Positions 41,240 through 53,187 of a stretch of DNA of 57,139 nucleotides are shown piece by piece. Positions within the stretch are counted from its first letter, which is position 1; each line of letters begins with the position of its first letter. The stretch is from Promethearchaeota archaeon. GTDB taxonomy: Archaea; Asgardarchaeota; Lokiarchaeia; Sigyniarchaeales; SOKP01. Below the pieces are notes generated by a model. It ran no database searches, was not told where the DNA came from, and saw only the letters and a program-made list of their open reading frames with translations. Both the position numbers and the translations under genes were made by a program. Location of the stretch: contig JABCSY010000012.1 of the NCBI GenBank assembly GCA_018238625.1, forward strand, positions 1 to 57,139. The letters run 5' to 3'.

Positions 41240-43036
41240 ATGGTCAATGTTTTTTTTATTTTAAATATATTCTGTTTTATAATAAATGTAGTTTATTATT
41301 TTTGTAAGAAAAGGGGATTTTCTTTACTAAAATTAAGATATCTTATATTTATTCTTTTTATAGTTGTAATATATTTTCTGTCAATTGATTTACCATTGTT
41401 TTTGATAAAAGACTCGGATTACATATTAGAAAACTTCAATAATTATATCGGAGATATTTTTAATTTTAACATATCTGTAATTTTTCTTTGTTGTTCAATT
41501 ATTTTATATCTATTAAATTGTTTAAAAGTAGATAAATTAATCATGGATTTAGAAGAACCTTCATACCAAACTTCAAAAGGGGGTTCTATTAAAATAGGAA
41601 ATGTCTTGAGGGGAAATTCAAAAAAATATAGCTTTTCCCTTTCAATAAAGGATCTTGAGAAACACATGTTTGTCTGCGGTTCAACAGGCACGGGAAAAAG
41701 TAATTTTCTACAAAATTTTTTAATAAATTTTACGAAGCAATATAAAAAGCCTTTTTTTTTAGTAGAGTTTAAGGGAGAATATCATTTCTTGCAAGACAAA
41801 CTAAAGGACTTATTAATTCTATGGCCAGGAGAAAATTTTTCGATTAATATCTTCGACCCATTGGGCGCAAACCCCATTATCCACGCCGAGAGAATATTTG
41901 ATATCTTAAAAAGTGGACAGTTTTTACATGAGAGTGCAGAATATTCTCCTCAAATGGAAAAAGTATTAATCGATATATTGACAAAAATCTGTGAAAATAA
42001 GGGACTTCAGAGTTGGAAAGGTTTTGAAATTTGTTGTAAAAAATATCTTAACATTAATCAGAATAAAATTCCCATGTTAAAACAAACACTTATCAGTCTA
42101 CAAAATAGGATCAGGAGATTTTCTATAGGTCCGATCAGAGCTGTATTTGAATCAAATTCTAAGATAACGATATCAGAACTTTTTAATAAAAATGTTATTT
42201 TGGATTTAAGTTCAATAATTCGTCTCGGTGGAGAAAAAGAAGATGCTCTTTTTTTTCTAAATATGGTTCTAAAGTATATGTGGGATAAAAATTTAACCAA
42301 GGGGGCCTTTAATTACCAAGGAATAAATCATATTACTATCGTCGAAGACGCTCAATATTTTGCCCCTCAAGACTTGTTAAAAAAGTCAAAATTGACGACC
42401 TATTTAGAAGACATTGCACTTTTACAAAGAGGTACTGGAGAATGTTTAATAACATTAGCTACTCGTCCAAATATCAGTAGAGAAATATTAGCAAATAATG
42501 GCGTTGTTTTAACCTTCAAAAACCATCTTGAAAAAGACGTCATGTGTGAACTTTTAAACTTAGATAATGAAAAAAGAAACTATTTATCACTACTGGATGA
42601 AGGCCAATGTATCATACGTGTAAACTCCATTAAAGAACCATTTTTACTTAAAGTCCCCTATATAAAGCGGCACTTTATAACAGTTTCAGAGATAAATAGA
42701 AAAAATCAGTTGATTTTGGAAAAGAGTGAAAAGAAATTGGATTCAAAAATAGAATTTCAGCAAAAAACTAGTAAACTAAACAAAATTCTGCTTAAGAATG
42801 TTAAAAAAACATTTTCAAAGCATAAATCAATAAAAATTCCGTTGAAAAATAAAGGGAATTTAAGTAAAATTTTACAAACTGGGAAAAAAGAAGAATCCCT
42901 TCTATTAAGTTCTACAAATTTAATAACGGTCAAAAATAGCGAAAAAAATGCGGTTATTATGGTTGAAAAAAAGAACTATGATAAATTTGGTGATTATATT
43001 AATAAATTATACAATGATCAAGAGAAAAATAAATAA
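41240..43036 (+). CDS. HerA/VirB4-like (DUF87) ATPase with N-terminal TM helices
   Basis: KHMFVCGSTGTGKS, EFKGEY, variant Walker B IVEDAQ, ATRP. Confidence 0.8.
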   Translation: MVNVFFILNIFCFIINVVYYFCKKRGFSLLKLRYLIFILFIVVIYFLSIDLPLFLIKDSDYILENFNNYIGDIFNFNISVIFLCCSIILYLLNCLKVDKLIMDLEEPSYQTSKGGSIKIGNVLRGNSKKYSFSLSIKDLEKHMFVCGSTGTGKSNFLQNFLINFTKQYKKPFFLVEFKGEYHFLQDKLKDLLILWPGENFSINIFDPLGANPIIHAERIFDILKSGQFLHESAEYSPQMEKVLIDILTKICENKGLQSWKGFEICCKKYLNINQNKIPMLKQTLISLQNRIRRFSIGPIRAVFESNSKITISELFNKNVILDLSSIIRLGGEKEDALFFLNMVLKYMWDKNLTKGAFNYQGINHITIVEDAQYFAPQDLLKKSKLTTYLEDIALLQRGTGECLITLATRPNISREILANNGVVLTFKNHLEKDVMCELLNLDNEKRNYLSLLDEGQCIIRVNSIKEPFLLKVPYIKRHFITVSEINRKNQLILEKSEKKLDSKIEFQQKTSKLNKILLKNVKKTFSKHKSIKIPLKNKGNLSKILQTGKKEESLLLSSTNLITVKNSEKNAVIMVEKKNYDKFGDYINKLYNDQEKNK

Positions 43037-43068
43037 ATTTTAAGAAATTGGAATTCTAGTATTAAATA

Positions 43069-44280
43069 ATGAGTTTTTTAATAGGAATTATTGGAAAACC
43101 AAGTGCTGGAAAATCGACTTTCTTAAATGCGGCATGCTTAACAAACGCAAAAGTGAGTGAATTACCTTTTACAACCATTGAACCGAATAAAGGAGTGGCA
43201 TATGTAAAGTTAAAATGTGTTTGTAAAGAATTAAATGTAAACGATAATCCAAAAAATTCTTACTGCGTCTTTGGTAATCGTTATATTCCCATAAATGTGC
43301 TCGATGTTGCAGGTTTAGTTCCTGATGCCCATAAGGGAAAAGGCTTGGGAAATAGATTCCTTAACGATTTAAGCAAAGCAGATATTCTTATCCATATAGT
43401 TGATATTAGCGGTTCTCTCGATAAAAACGGGAAAAGAATAAAAATCGGCGAAAATGACCCTTACGAAGACATTTTATTCCTTGAAAACGAAATTAATCTG
43501 TGGTTTAAACAAATCTTAGAAAGAGAAGATTGGAATAAATTCTTAAAATTGTTTGCCAGGGAAAATAAAAAGTTTGTTGGAGAATTATATAAAAGGCTTT
43601 CAGGAATAAAAGTTAAAAGGCACCAAATTGGATTAGCTTTAAAAAAATCAAATTTAGAAGATAAAAACCCATCATCGTGGTCAGATGATGATCTTTTAAT
43701 TTTTTCGAAAAATTTAAGAGAGCTTTCAAAACCTATTCTTATTTTAGCTAATAAAATTGATAAAGAAAATGGTATGGAAAATTTTGTTGAATTAAAGAAA
43801 AAACTTGATGGAGAAGTAATTCCTTGTAGTGCTTTAGCTGAATATTTTTTAAGAAAATACCACCAAGAAAAAAAGATTGTTTATCTACCCGGCTCAGATA
43901 ATTTTAATATCTTGGGTGATCAAAATTTAAGCCAAAAAGAATTACAGATGCTAAATAAGATGAAAGAGATAATTCTTAACCCGTTTAAAGAAACGGGGAT
44001 TCAAAAAGCGTTAAATTTTGCCGTTTTTAACATTTTAAATCAAATTTGTGTTTACCCCATTTCTGATATTAATAAATATACAGATAACAATGGTAATGTT
44101 CTACCAGATGCTTTCCTCGTCAAAAAAGGTGCTTTATTAAAGAATTTTGTTCGCGATAAAATTCATACTGATTTAGCTGATCATTTTATCTTTGGTATTG
44201 ATGCGAGAACCAAAAAAAGATTAGGAGAAAATTATGAATTAAGACATAATGATGTCATTAAAATTGTATCAGCAAAATAA
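43069..44280 (+). CDS. ychF: YchF/Obg-family P-loop NTPase with TGS domain
   Basis: GKPSAGKST, PFTTIEPN, DVAGLV, ANKID, IHTDL. Confidence 0.93.
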   Translation: MSFLIGIIGKPSAGKSTFLNAACLTNAKVSELPFTTIEPNKGVAYVKLKCVCKELNVNDNPKNSYCVFGNRYIPINVLDVAGLVPDAHKGKGLGNRFLNDLSKADILIHIVDISGSLDKNGKRIKIGENDPYEDILFLENEINLWFKQILEREDWNKFLKLFARENKKFVGELYKRLSGIKVKRHQIGLALKKSNLEDKNPSSWSDDDLLIFSKNLRELSKPILILANKIDKENGMENFVELKKKLDGEVIPCSALAEYFLRKYHQEKKIVYLPGSDNFNILGDQNLSQKELQMLNKMKEIILNPFKETGIQKALNFAVFNILNQICVYPISDINKYTDNNGNVLPDAFLVKKGALLKNFVRDKIHTDLADHFIFGIDARTKKRLGENYELRHNDVIKIVSAK

Positions 44281-44286
44281 AAAGAA

Positions 44287-44445
44287 TCATTCTTGCTTTG
44301 AAGTTAACAAAATATACACTAAAATAACGATTAACAAAATAATCCCCAGGGAAACTAATATGAAATTAAATATTTCTTGCTCTGGATTTAATTCTGCTTG
44401 AAATAGAAATAAAATGACAATTACAAAATAACTTATTAACTTCAT
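44287..44445 (-). CDS. Putative small membrane protein (52 aa)
   Basis: MKLISYFVIVILFLFQ...LVSLGIILLIVILVYILLTSKQE; two hydrophobic stretches. Confidence 0.45.
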   Translation of the reverse strand: MKLISYFVIVILFLFQAELNPEQEIFNFILVSLGIILLIVILVYILLTSKQE

Positions 44446-44588
44446 AGTCGTTATTCATAGAATATAAAGAATAATTAAAAAAAGTTCTGATTTTACAATT
44501 TAATAAAATAAGTTATTGTCTTATAATAATAAAAATTTGAAAAAGTAAAAGATTTTTGTGTCGCTTTATCGATCTTGCGAGAAAAAAG

Positions 44589-44690
44589 TGGACCTGACGG
44601 GAATTGAACCCGTGACCTCTTGAGTGCAAATCTCGCATCAAGCTAATTGCTAGTTATGTGTCAAGCGATCTGCTACTGATCTACAGGCCC
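44589..44690 (-). tRNA. tRNA-Ala(TGC) with a 30-nt intron at 32/33 (44630-44659)
   Basis: GGGCCTG/CAGGTCC stem with G3-U70, BHB CTTG/CGAG; lies downstream of the 16S. Confidence 0.92.
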
Positions 44691-44761
44691 TTTATGATTT
44701 AAAAAAAAAAGTTTGAAAGTTAATTAATAACTCTTATAAAAAATTCCAAGTAATAAATAAA

Positions 44762-46253
<1,492 letters not shown>

Positions 46254-46290
46254 AATTATCTAAATAAATATTGAGTTAGTCGCAAATTAG

Positions 46291-46340
46291 TTCTTAAATT
46301 TGGAATTAATTTACTTTTAGGGTTATTAATTTAACTTTCT
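46291..46340 (-). other. 5' arm of the pre-16S processing stem (pairs with about 44714-44750; contains a BHB)
   Basis: GAAAGTTAAATTAATAAC pairs with GTTATTAATTAACTTTC; AAAA/TTTT helix with GTA and ATA bulges. Confidence 0.75.
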
Positions 46341-46572
46341 TCAGTTATAATCGATTAAACTATAACTACATTTTTTATATCGTATCAATGAATTAACTTT
46401 TCATTTAACGGTTGCATACCGTAATCCAAGCTCACACCGGTAAAGATACGATTTGTTATAGTAACATATAGGAAGGGTTCATTTTAAATTTTTTTGTTTT
46501 GTTAATTTTACAAATATTCGTAGTTTAAAAATCTGAGTTTTAATTTAAAAATACTAATTTAAAAAAGAAACG

Positions 46573-47589
46573 TTGCGAATTAAAATGGATTTAAGAGAAA
46601 AGATAGGTATTCACCTGGATCAAATAAAACAGTTGAAAGGAGTAGAAAATGTGGTTTTAACTCAAAGAGATGGGAATCCAATTCAGTCAGCTGGAGTTTG
46701 GTTTTCTAAAGATGAAATCTTTAACGTTAGTTCTGCTACAAGTGCTATCTTCAACGTTGGAATACATTTACATCCAAACGATTTAAAATATATCTTAATA
46801 GAAGGAAAGAAAGCAAAAATTTTAATAGCTCCTCTTAATAGTCCGATACATTATTCTTTGAATAGAATTTTGCAAGAGCAAGGAATTCTCAATAATAAAC
46901 ACGAGTTTTTTATAGCAATTACTGCCCAACCAAATACAAACTTAGGGGGGATTTTTTTACAAACTAGCGAATGTTTAAAAAAAATCAAAACGACTCTCAT
47001 TACTTCTGGCGAATCTTTTAAACCACCTTTAGTTCAATTTGATGAACAGCGGATTCAAAGCATAATAAAAGGCTTCAGTGTTAAAGAGAATGAGAATTTT
47101 AATTTCAAAGTGTCGTCTTTTTCGTTAAATTTATCAGAAAATATATCTATGGAGCTAAGAAAAGTTTTAAGCAATTTTTCTATTACAATTCCTGATTTAA
47201 AATACGCATATATTACTATAGAGGGGGGATTTATCGCATCAAAAATTTTGAAAAATGTTAATGATAAGGAAAAAAATTTAGATAATATCTCCGCAATGAG
47301 CTATGCGCTTTTTCAAACAGCAAATAGATGCGCTTGGTTGCTTAAAAAGATGAATGCAGAAAGTATATTGTTAGATTGTGAAAAATCATTTCAATTTATA
47401 CATGGATTGGGAAAAGCAATATTTAGTACTGAGATGGGTAAATCCCGACAAAAGTTAGGTTTGATAAGATTAATTATTCCTCAATTCTCAAACAGAATAC
47501 ATTCTCTTATTAAGAAAGCTTCTGAAATTCAAGATCAAAAGCCCTTTGATATTAAGACTATGCTAGGCGAATTAATTATCAAAGGATAA
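46573..47589 (+). CDS. Tandem Roadblock/LC7 (MglB-like) protein
   Basis: VVLTQRDGNPI..VSSATSAIF and YITIEGGFIAS..ISAMSYALF..KLGLIRL. Confidence 0.8.
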   Translation: MRIKMDLREKIGIHLDQIKQLKGVENVVLTQRDGNPIQSAGVWFSKDEIFNVSSATSAIFNVGIHLHPNDLKYILIEGKKAKILIAPLNSPIHYSLNRILQEQGILNNKHEFFIAITAQPNTNLGGIFLQTSECLKKIKTTLITSGESFKPPLVQFDEQRIQSIIKGFSVKENENFNFKVSSFSLNLSENISMELRKVLSNFSITIPDLKYAYITIEGGFIASKILKNVNDKEKNLDNISAMSYALFQTANRCAWLLKKMNAESILLDCEKSFQFIHGLGKAIFSTEMGKSRQKLGLIRLIIPQFSNRIHSLIKKASEIQDQKPFDIKTMLGELIIKG

Positions 47590-47598
47590 GGTGAAAAA

Positions 47599-48495
47599 AT
47601 GATTTTTTTTGAGCTATTAGAAAAATTAAAAACAACTGATACAACACTAATTCTTTACACACTCTTAAATAGGATTCCAATTATCGTTTATGGTAATAAC
47701 GCAGAGAAAATCGATGATTTTTTAATAGACTTATCAGAATTGATTCATTTTCGAAAAGAATTTATTTTTTATACGGATTTTATTTCCACCACAGAATATC
47801 ATGACTTAGTAATGAATGAAAATATTGATTACAATACTCAAAAAATATATATACGATGCCCTACAAGCGTTGCTCTCAAAGCTCTGAACCAATTTGAGCG
47901 TTTTAATTCTTGGTTAATTGGAATTGAAATACTTGAGCAAAAAGATAAGATTCGTCAATTTATTAACAGCATTAAAAAAAAAATTAATTATTTTTTGGGC
48001 ATTTCTTTCTTTTCTGACTCATTTTCTATCGAATTAGTGGGTATTAATTGGAAACTACTTGATCTTCAATTTGAACACGGTGTTTTACAAAAAATTACCC
48101 AAGATACTGAGAAAGCCATCATCAAAATGAAAAGAGTTTTATTAGGGAAAATTAAATCTGAAGAAATTGATGAAGATTTAATAGAAATTCTATTAGATTT
48201 TAATAGAGAAAAAGAAGAACTGAAAAAGAATATCCTTAATAAAGAGATCCAAAATTTTTATTCAGGTTCTAAACGAGCATTTTCTATTTTATCCAGGTTA
48301 AACCTGTTAAATAATGTAGAAATAAAAACGCAAATTGGGAGTAAAACTCTTTTAGAAACTATAGATTATGAAGACGCTCCCATTGATAGAATAATATCTT
48401 TTATTAATAAAGAATGGGGGGAAGACTTTTCAGTTTTGATTGAAAATGGTAAAAAAGTCAATGCTTTAGATAGTATGCAATCTTTATGGGGTTAA
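47599..48495 (+). CDS. Hypothetical protein, possible DENN-like core
   Basis: ILYTLLNRIPIIVYG...DFLIDLSELI resembles the start of cDENN domains; helical C-terminus. Confidence 0.5.
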   Translation: MIFFELLEKLKTTDTTLILYTLLNRIPIIVYGNNAEKIDDFLIDLSELIHFRKEFIFYTDFISTTEYHDLVMNENIDYNTQKIYIRCPTSVALKALNQFERFNSWLIGIEILEQKDKIRQFINSIKKKINYFLGISFFSDSFSIELVGINWKLLDLQFEHGVLQKITQDTEKAIIKMKRVLLGKIKSEEIDEDLIEILLDFNREKEELKKNILNKEIQNFYSGSKRAFSILSRLNLLNNVEIKTQIGSKTLLETIDYEDAPIDRIISFINKEWGEDFSVLIENGKKVNALDSMQSLWG

Positions 48496-49094
48496 TTAAT
48501 TTGATATATGATTATGAGAAAAAAAATTTACAAGTTAAAATCGTGTATTACGGTCCTGCCATGTCAGGAAAAACAACATCAATAAAACAATTATTTTCTT
48601 ATTTCAACAAAGAAGAAAACCTAAATTCTATTGATAGTACCGTTGGGAGAACTTTATTATTTGATTTTGGTGTTTTACAATTTAAAGGTGCGGAATGGAG
48701 CTTAAAATTTCTTATTTATTCTGCTACCGGGCAAGATTTCTATGCAAGCACTAGACCCGCTACTTTAAACGGTGTTGACGGATTAATTTTTGTTGTTGAT
48801 TCAAGAGCTCAATGTTTACAACATAATTTGAGATCATGGAATGAATTAAAAACTATGTTTAAAAATGAATTTTATAACCTTCCAATTGTTATTTCATTAA
48901 ATAAATACGATATAGAAGGTCCTCAAAAATTAAACGAATACGAGTTTTTAAGTAAAATAAATTTCAATATGTTTAAGTTTATTTCCATTAATAAGACAAT
49001 AGCAATTGAAGGAAAAGGAGTTTTAGATTCTTTTAATAGGGTTATAACTTTTATTTTTCCACAATTGACTTTAAAAATGAGTATAACAAATTAA
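48486..49094 (+). CDS. MglA-family small GTPase
   Basis: KIVYYGPAMSGKTT, GRTLLFDF, ATGQ, DGLIFVVDS, NKYD. Confidence 0.88.
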   Translation: MGLINLIYDYEKKNLQVKIVYYGPAMSGKTTSIKQLFSYFNKEENLNSIDSTVGRTLLFDFGVLQFKGAEWSLKFLIYSATGQDFYASTRPATLNGVDGLIFVVDSRAQCLQHNLRSWNELKTMFKNEFYNLPIVISLNKYDIEGPQKLNEYEFLSKINFNMFKFISINKTIAIEGKGVLDSFNRVITFIFPQLTLKMSITN

Positions 49095-49098
49095 TAAT

Positions 49099-49281
49099 TT
49101 ATTTTTCAATTTTTTCATACATATTTTTCGAGAGTCTTCTAATAAAACCTCTATTATGAAATTGCTTTAGTAAATTTCTGACCTTACGTCCTTCTTGAGC
49201 ATCTACTCCTAAAACACTTATTAACTGAAAAATTGAAAATTGGTTAGGTAATTCTTCTTTTATGCTATTATAAATACCCAT
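49099..49281 (-). CDS. Small winged-helix-like protein
   Basis: 60 aa; VRNLLKQFHNRGFIRRLSKNMYEK. Confidence 0.6.
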   Translation of the reverse strand: MGIYNSIKEELPNQFSIFQLISVLGVDAQEGRKVRNLLKQFHNRGFIRRLSKNMYEKIEK

Positions 49282-49631
49282 AACTACTTCAACACTAAAT
49301 ATTATTGGTTTATGTTAGATAAAAGGATCAAGAATTTATATAAATTATTAAATTATGGGAAAATTTATATTTAAGAGATTTTGGTTTTTATAATCCTCAA
49401 AGTAACTATAACATTTCATTCCTAAATTTAATAGGTCATGTATGTTAGTTGTTTTCATTGAATTTTTATAACCTAAGGGAAGTCCTAGTATCCTTTGAAA
49501 TAATAAATTTTATTTAATAATTTAAAAAATAAAACGCATCATACCTATTTAAAAAATGAGAATTTTATCTTTTAATTAAAATGCAATCATTAGCATAATA
49601 ACAATAAAAAATTGAAATTTCGTATCTTTTT

Positions 49632-50312
49632 CTAAAATTCAGGGAGGTCTCTGCTAAAATTATTTCCAACAGGTGCTTTACCATCCCCGTATATTTGATA
49701 TAACCCCGTTCTTCTTGCGCATTCGGTAAAACTACGATAAACATCTATTTTCTTGTCGTATAATGCACATGTTTTGTATATTATGGGATTCCAAATATAT
49801 AATTCATGGTCGGGTTCATACCAAAGTTTTTCTTCCTTGAGAACTTGCTTAAAATCTTCTTCTCCAATAGTTTCACTAAGATCTTGCTTATTTAACATAG
49901 TTATCAAGGGAATTTCTTTAATCAACTTACCCCTTGTAATATTTTTTAATTCTTTTAGGGACTCAATATTATCTTCAAAAAAATGTGTTTGTGAATCAAC
50001 GACAAAAATAACCCCATCTGTACCTTTGAAAATCTTCTTTCTTAAAGGAGAGAACCTGCTCTGCCCCGCAACAGTATAAACATGATAATATACTTTATTC
50101 TGTTTAGTTGATTGAAAAATACCCCTATCAAAATATAATGTTGACCCGCTTGCCATAGAAATTTTAGTTAGATTTCCAGTTGGAGTAATATCTTTTTTTT
50201 GTTCTTTAGTTAACCTATATAATGTGTCTACTATAGTTGTTTTCCCTGATCCACCCATACCCCAATAAAGTAATTTTATGTATATATTATGATCTGCCGT
50301 CCATCGAACCAT
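49632..50312 (-). CDS. Second MglA-family small GTPase
   Basis: YWGMGGSGKTT, STLYFD, YTVAGQ, DGVIFVVDSQ, NKQD, TCA. Confidence 0.88.
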   Translation of the reverse strand: MVRWTADHNIYIKLLYWGMGGSGKTTIVDTLYRLTKEQKKDITPTGNLTKISMASGSTLYFDRGIFQSTKQNKVYYHVYTVAGQSRFSPLRKKIFKGTDGVIFVVDSQTHFFEDNIESLKELKNITRGKLIKEIPLITMLNKQDLSETIGEEDFKQVLKEEKLWYEPDHELYIWNPIIYKTCALYDKKIDVYRSFTECARRTGLYQIYGDGKAPVGNNFSRDLPEF

Positions 50313-50571
50313 AGAAAAATCCTCATTGAAGTTTACTATTTAAAAGGCTAATAAAACAAATGATTAAATTATATATAGAAAGATCGCTTTGGTCTTTATA
50401 TAATAATATTATTAAATATTAATATAATTACACATTTATAATTTTATTTTAGTTTTCATTTCTTAGCAATTTAGAAGAGTAGAAATTAAAATGAAAATCA
50501 ATTTCCAATTTAGCCTTTTTTTAATACGATAAACTTCTTTAGATTTTCTTTATTGAATTTCAAAGATTTTT

Positions 50572-50865
50572 CTATAGCTTTATTTGTTCAATCGCAACAA
50601 TATATTTCCCTTGTCTTATATTATAATTACACCATAATATTATTTCATTATATATTTCTCCTTTATAGCCTTCTCGTATAATAAGATTAATAATATCGGA
50701 ATACATAATTTCTCTCTTTCCTTTTATAATAAAGTTTAATTCTTTGAAAATTCTTTTAAGCAAATTACTATGGCTTGAAGTTATTTTTTTTATCTTTTCT
50801 AGTTTGTTTGGAGATTGACTCATTGAAATACCTCTTTTAAAATGTTTTTTTCTTAATTTAAACAA
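50572..50865 (-). CDS. Hypothetical protein (start probably 50823)
   Basis: ORF with GAGGT upstream of the internal ATG. Confidence 0.55.
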   Translation of the reverse strand: MFKLRKKHFKRGISMSQSPNKLEKIKKITSSHSNLLKRIFKELNFIIKGKREIMYSDIINLIIREGYKGEIYNEIILWCNYNIRQGKYIVAIEQIKL

Positions 50866-51057
50866 AACTGAAGCAAAATGTAGTATAAATTAAAAGTTAA
50901 AAATTGCGTTTTTTTTTTTTTACTTCCAACAATCCCTCAGCCCTTCGCTATAGATGTTCTATTCATTTTAATATAAATTTTTTCCAATTGTAAACAACTA
51001 AAATTCTACAAAATCGAGATAAAGGGTTTCTAAATTAATTACATTATAACGATTAAT

Positions 51058-52107
51058 TTGTGTGAAATAAAATTGGTAAATAGTACAAAAGAGAGGGGCG
51101 TTTATGAAAAATGCTCTGAATGTGGGGGTAGTGTCATAACAAACTCATTCGAAATGACATGTAAGGAATGTGGTTTAATATTAGATAAATTATATAAGGA
51201 TTCGTCATACATCTTTAATGAGACCAATGTTAAAAATAATTTGAATAAACAGTATGTTGCGTTAGGAGAAAGAACCGATTATATCGGGGGATTGGGTTCC
51301 TTTATAGATTATGAAAAGTCAAAATATCTTAAAGATAAAGCAGGTAGATTATTGCCACCTGATGAGCAAAAATTGTACAGAAGGTTAAAGAAAAACTATG
51401 CTCAATTTCTAAGGATTAAAAATCATGAAACAGAATATAGAATCTTCAATATTTTGAATAAAATATCAATTTACCTTAATTTAAATAAAAATATCCGAAA
51501 TAACGCTGCGTATTATTACAAAAAGATTGTTAAAAATGAGGAAAAAATCATAAACAATATTTCTTTGATCGCATTTTGTATTTTTTATTCTGTTCGCAAA
51601 GAGTACCATAATGCACCAGTTACAATAAAAGAGATTTCAGATGCCTTTCAGAATTTTGGTCATAGAGTTAATCCTAGGTTAATTTTGAGAGATGGAATAA
51701 GATATAAATTTCATTTGAATAGCAATGCAGTTCCACATAAAAGCGAAGATTACCTAATTAGATTAATAGATAGTATTGTTAATCATGAAAATTTGGAATA
51801 TAGATTAATTAAGAAAGGAAATACTTGGTCAAAAGAAGAATATAAACGCAATTTAACATGTAAATGCAGAACGATTCTAAATAGCTTGACTAAATGGCAT
51901 CGAGGTGGCCGAAATCCTTTTATTTTAACAGGAGCGGTAATCTATTTAGCTGATAAATTATTATCTAGAGAGTTTGACCAAAAAACCGTGTTAACTCAAA
52001 AATTTATTTCAGACGCAACTAAGATCGCAGAATATTCTATTAGAGACCACTATGTAAATCTACTTAAACCAATCTTTATAACAAAGGAAGTTCAAATTTC
52101 AATGTAA
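51058..52107 (+). CDS. Divergent TFB-like protein (zinc ribbon plus two cyclin folds)
   Basis: CSECGG..CKECGLI, GGRNP, TQKFIS...IAEYSIRDHY. Confidence 0.78.
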   Translation: MCEIKLVNSTKERGVYEKCSECGGSVITNSFEMTCKECGLILDKLYKDSSYIFNETNVKNNLNKQYVALGERTDYIGGLGSFIDYEKSKYLKDKAGRLLPPDEQKLYRRLKKNYAQFLRIKNHETEYRIFNILNKISIYLNLNKNIRNNAAYYYKKIVKNEEKIINNISLIAFCIFYSVRKEYHNAPVTIKEISDAFQNFGHRVNPRLILRDGIRYKFHLNSNAVPHKSEDYLIRLIDSIVNHENLEYRLIKKGNTWSKEEYKRNLTCKCRTILNSLTKWHRGGRNPFILTGAVIYLADKLLSREFDQKTVLTQKFISDATKIAEYSIRDHYVNLLKPIFITKEVQISM

Positions 52108-52327
52108 CATGTACAAACCTAAATAAATCGAATGCAATGCAATTAATATTTCTTTTTTTATTATATAGCTTCTTTAATCTTCAATAATTTGAATTTGTAT
52201 GTTAATTCATTTGATTTTCGGATCTTTTAACTGAATTTAATCAATATAATAAGACTAAAAATTGTTTTAAATAAATTTAAAATTTAGTGAAAATTTATTA
52301 AAACATTAGCTCTAAAATATTTTATTT

Positions 52328-52437
52328 GCTTCTGTAGTGTAGTCCGGTCAAACTTACTGATTATTTAACACAGAAAAAAGGATTAAGCATGCGAGGCTCT
52401 CACCCTCGTGACCCGGGTTCAAATCCCGGCAGAAGCA
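52328..52437 (+). tRNA. tRNA-Glu(CTC) with a D-loop intron (52352-52386)
   Basis: GCTTCTG/CAGAAGC stem, CT-CTC-AC loop, BHB GGTC/GATT. Confidence 0.93.
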
Positions 52438-52468
52438 TTAACATATAAATCTATGAACGTGGTTTTAA

Positions 52469-52849
52469 TTATTTAGCTCTTTTAGCTTTTTCTAACAGGT
52501 TTAAAAGATCACATATTATTTTTAAATATTTTTCAATAATATCCAATTGAGTTTCTTTCTCTAATTTTTTAGAAATCCAATTGAGTTTATCAGTAAGAAC
52601 GGATATTAATACGCTTGGTATGTTGATTTGTTTAGTGTTTTTGTTCAAAATTGTTTCTTTTTCCTCAACATTTTTATCTGAAATGTTGTTTGCCACAATT
52701 ACTTCTCTATTACAAATTGCACAAAAAGACACTCCATCTTTATTTTGAAAAATGGGATTATTACAAATAGGACAAGATAAATTTAGCATTTTATGACCCG
52801 ATCTTAGAAGATCTGCCATTTTCTTTGCGTCTTCTTTAATAAACACCAC
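52469..52849 (-). CDS. UPF0148 / autoantigen p27-family zinc protein
   Basis: MADLLRSGHKML..CPICNNPIF...FCAIC. Confidence 0.85.
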   Translation of the reverse strand: MVFIKEDAKKMADLLRSGHKMLNLSCPICNNPIFQNKDGVSFCAICNREVIVANNISDKNVEEKETILNKNTKQINIPSVLISVLTDKLNWISKKLEKETQLDIIEKYLKIICDLLNLLEKAKRAK

Positions 52850-52884
52850 ATCCGCTATAAATAATTATAAGTAAACTCAATTTT

Positions 52885-53082
52885 TCATAGTTCTCGAGAT
52901 CTGATCTTCATTAGATTAACGATATATCCCGAAATTCGATTTCTTAAGTGTTTTGAGTCTACTTCAAGATATTTATCCAACAATTCTTTATTTTTTTCAA
53001 AATCCGTAGTAAAGACATCAGGATATTTATTTACTAACTCTTTTGAAACCTTTTTTATTAATACTGTTCTAACTTTTCCCAT
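52885..53082 (-). CDS. rps17e: 30S ribosomal protein S17e
   Basis: MGKVR, FTTDFEKNK, SKHLRNRISGY. Confidence 0.97.
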   Translation of the reverse strand: MGKVRTVLIKKVSKELVNKYPDVFTTDFEKNKELLDKYLEVDSKHLRNRISGYIVNLMKIRSREL

Positions 53083-53187
53083 CTACTTTCAGCAAAACAC
53101 ATTTCTTAGTTTTGAATTTAAATATTCGATAAAATAAATGTTTTTTGAAATTATCTTAGTTTTTATAATTTAATACAAAGAATTGTT

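Noticed and set aside
50925-50970. Possible C/D-box sRNA or SECIS in an intergenic region (also 40990-41170)
   Set aside because: No properly paired C and D boxes or convincing stem, and no gene with an internal in-frame TGA was seen in the window.
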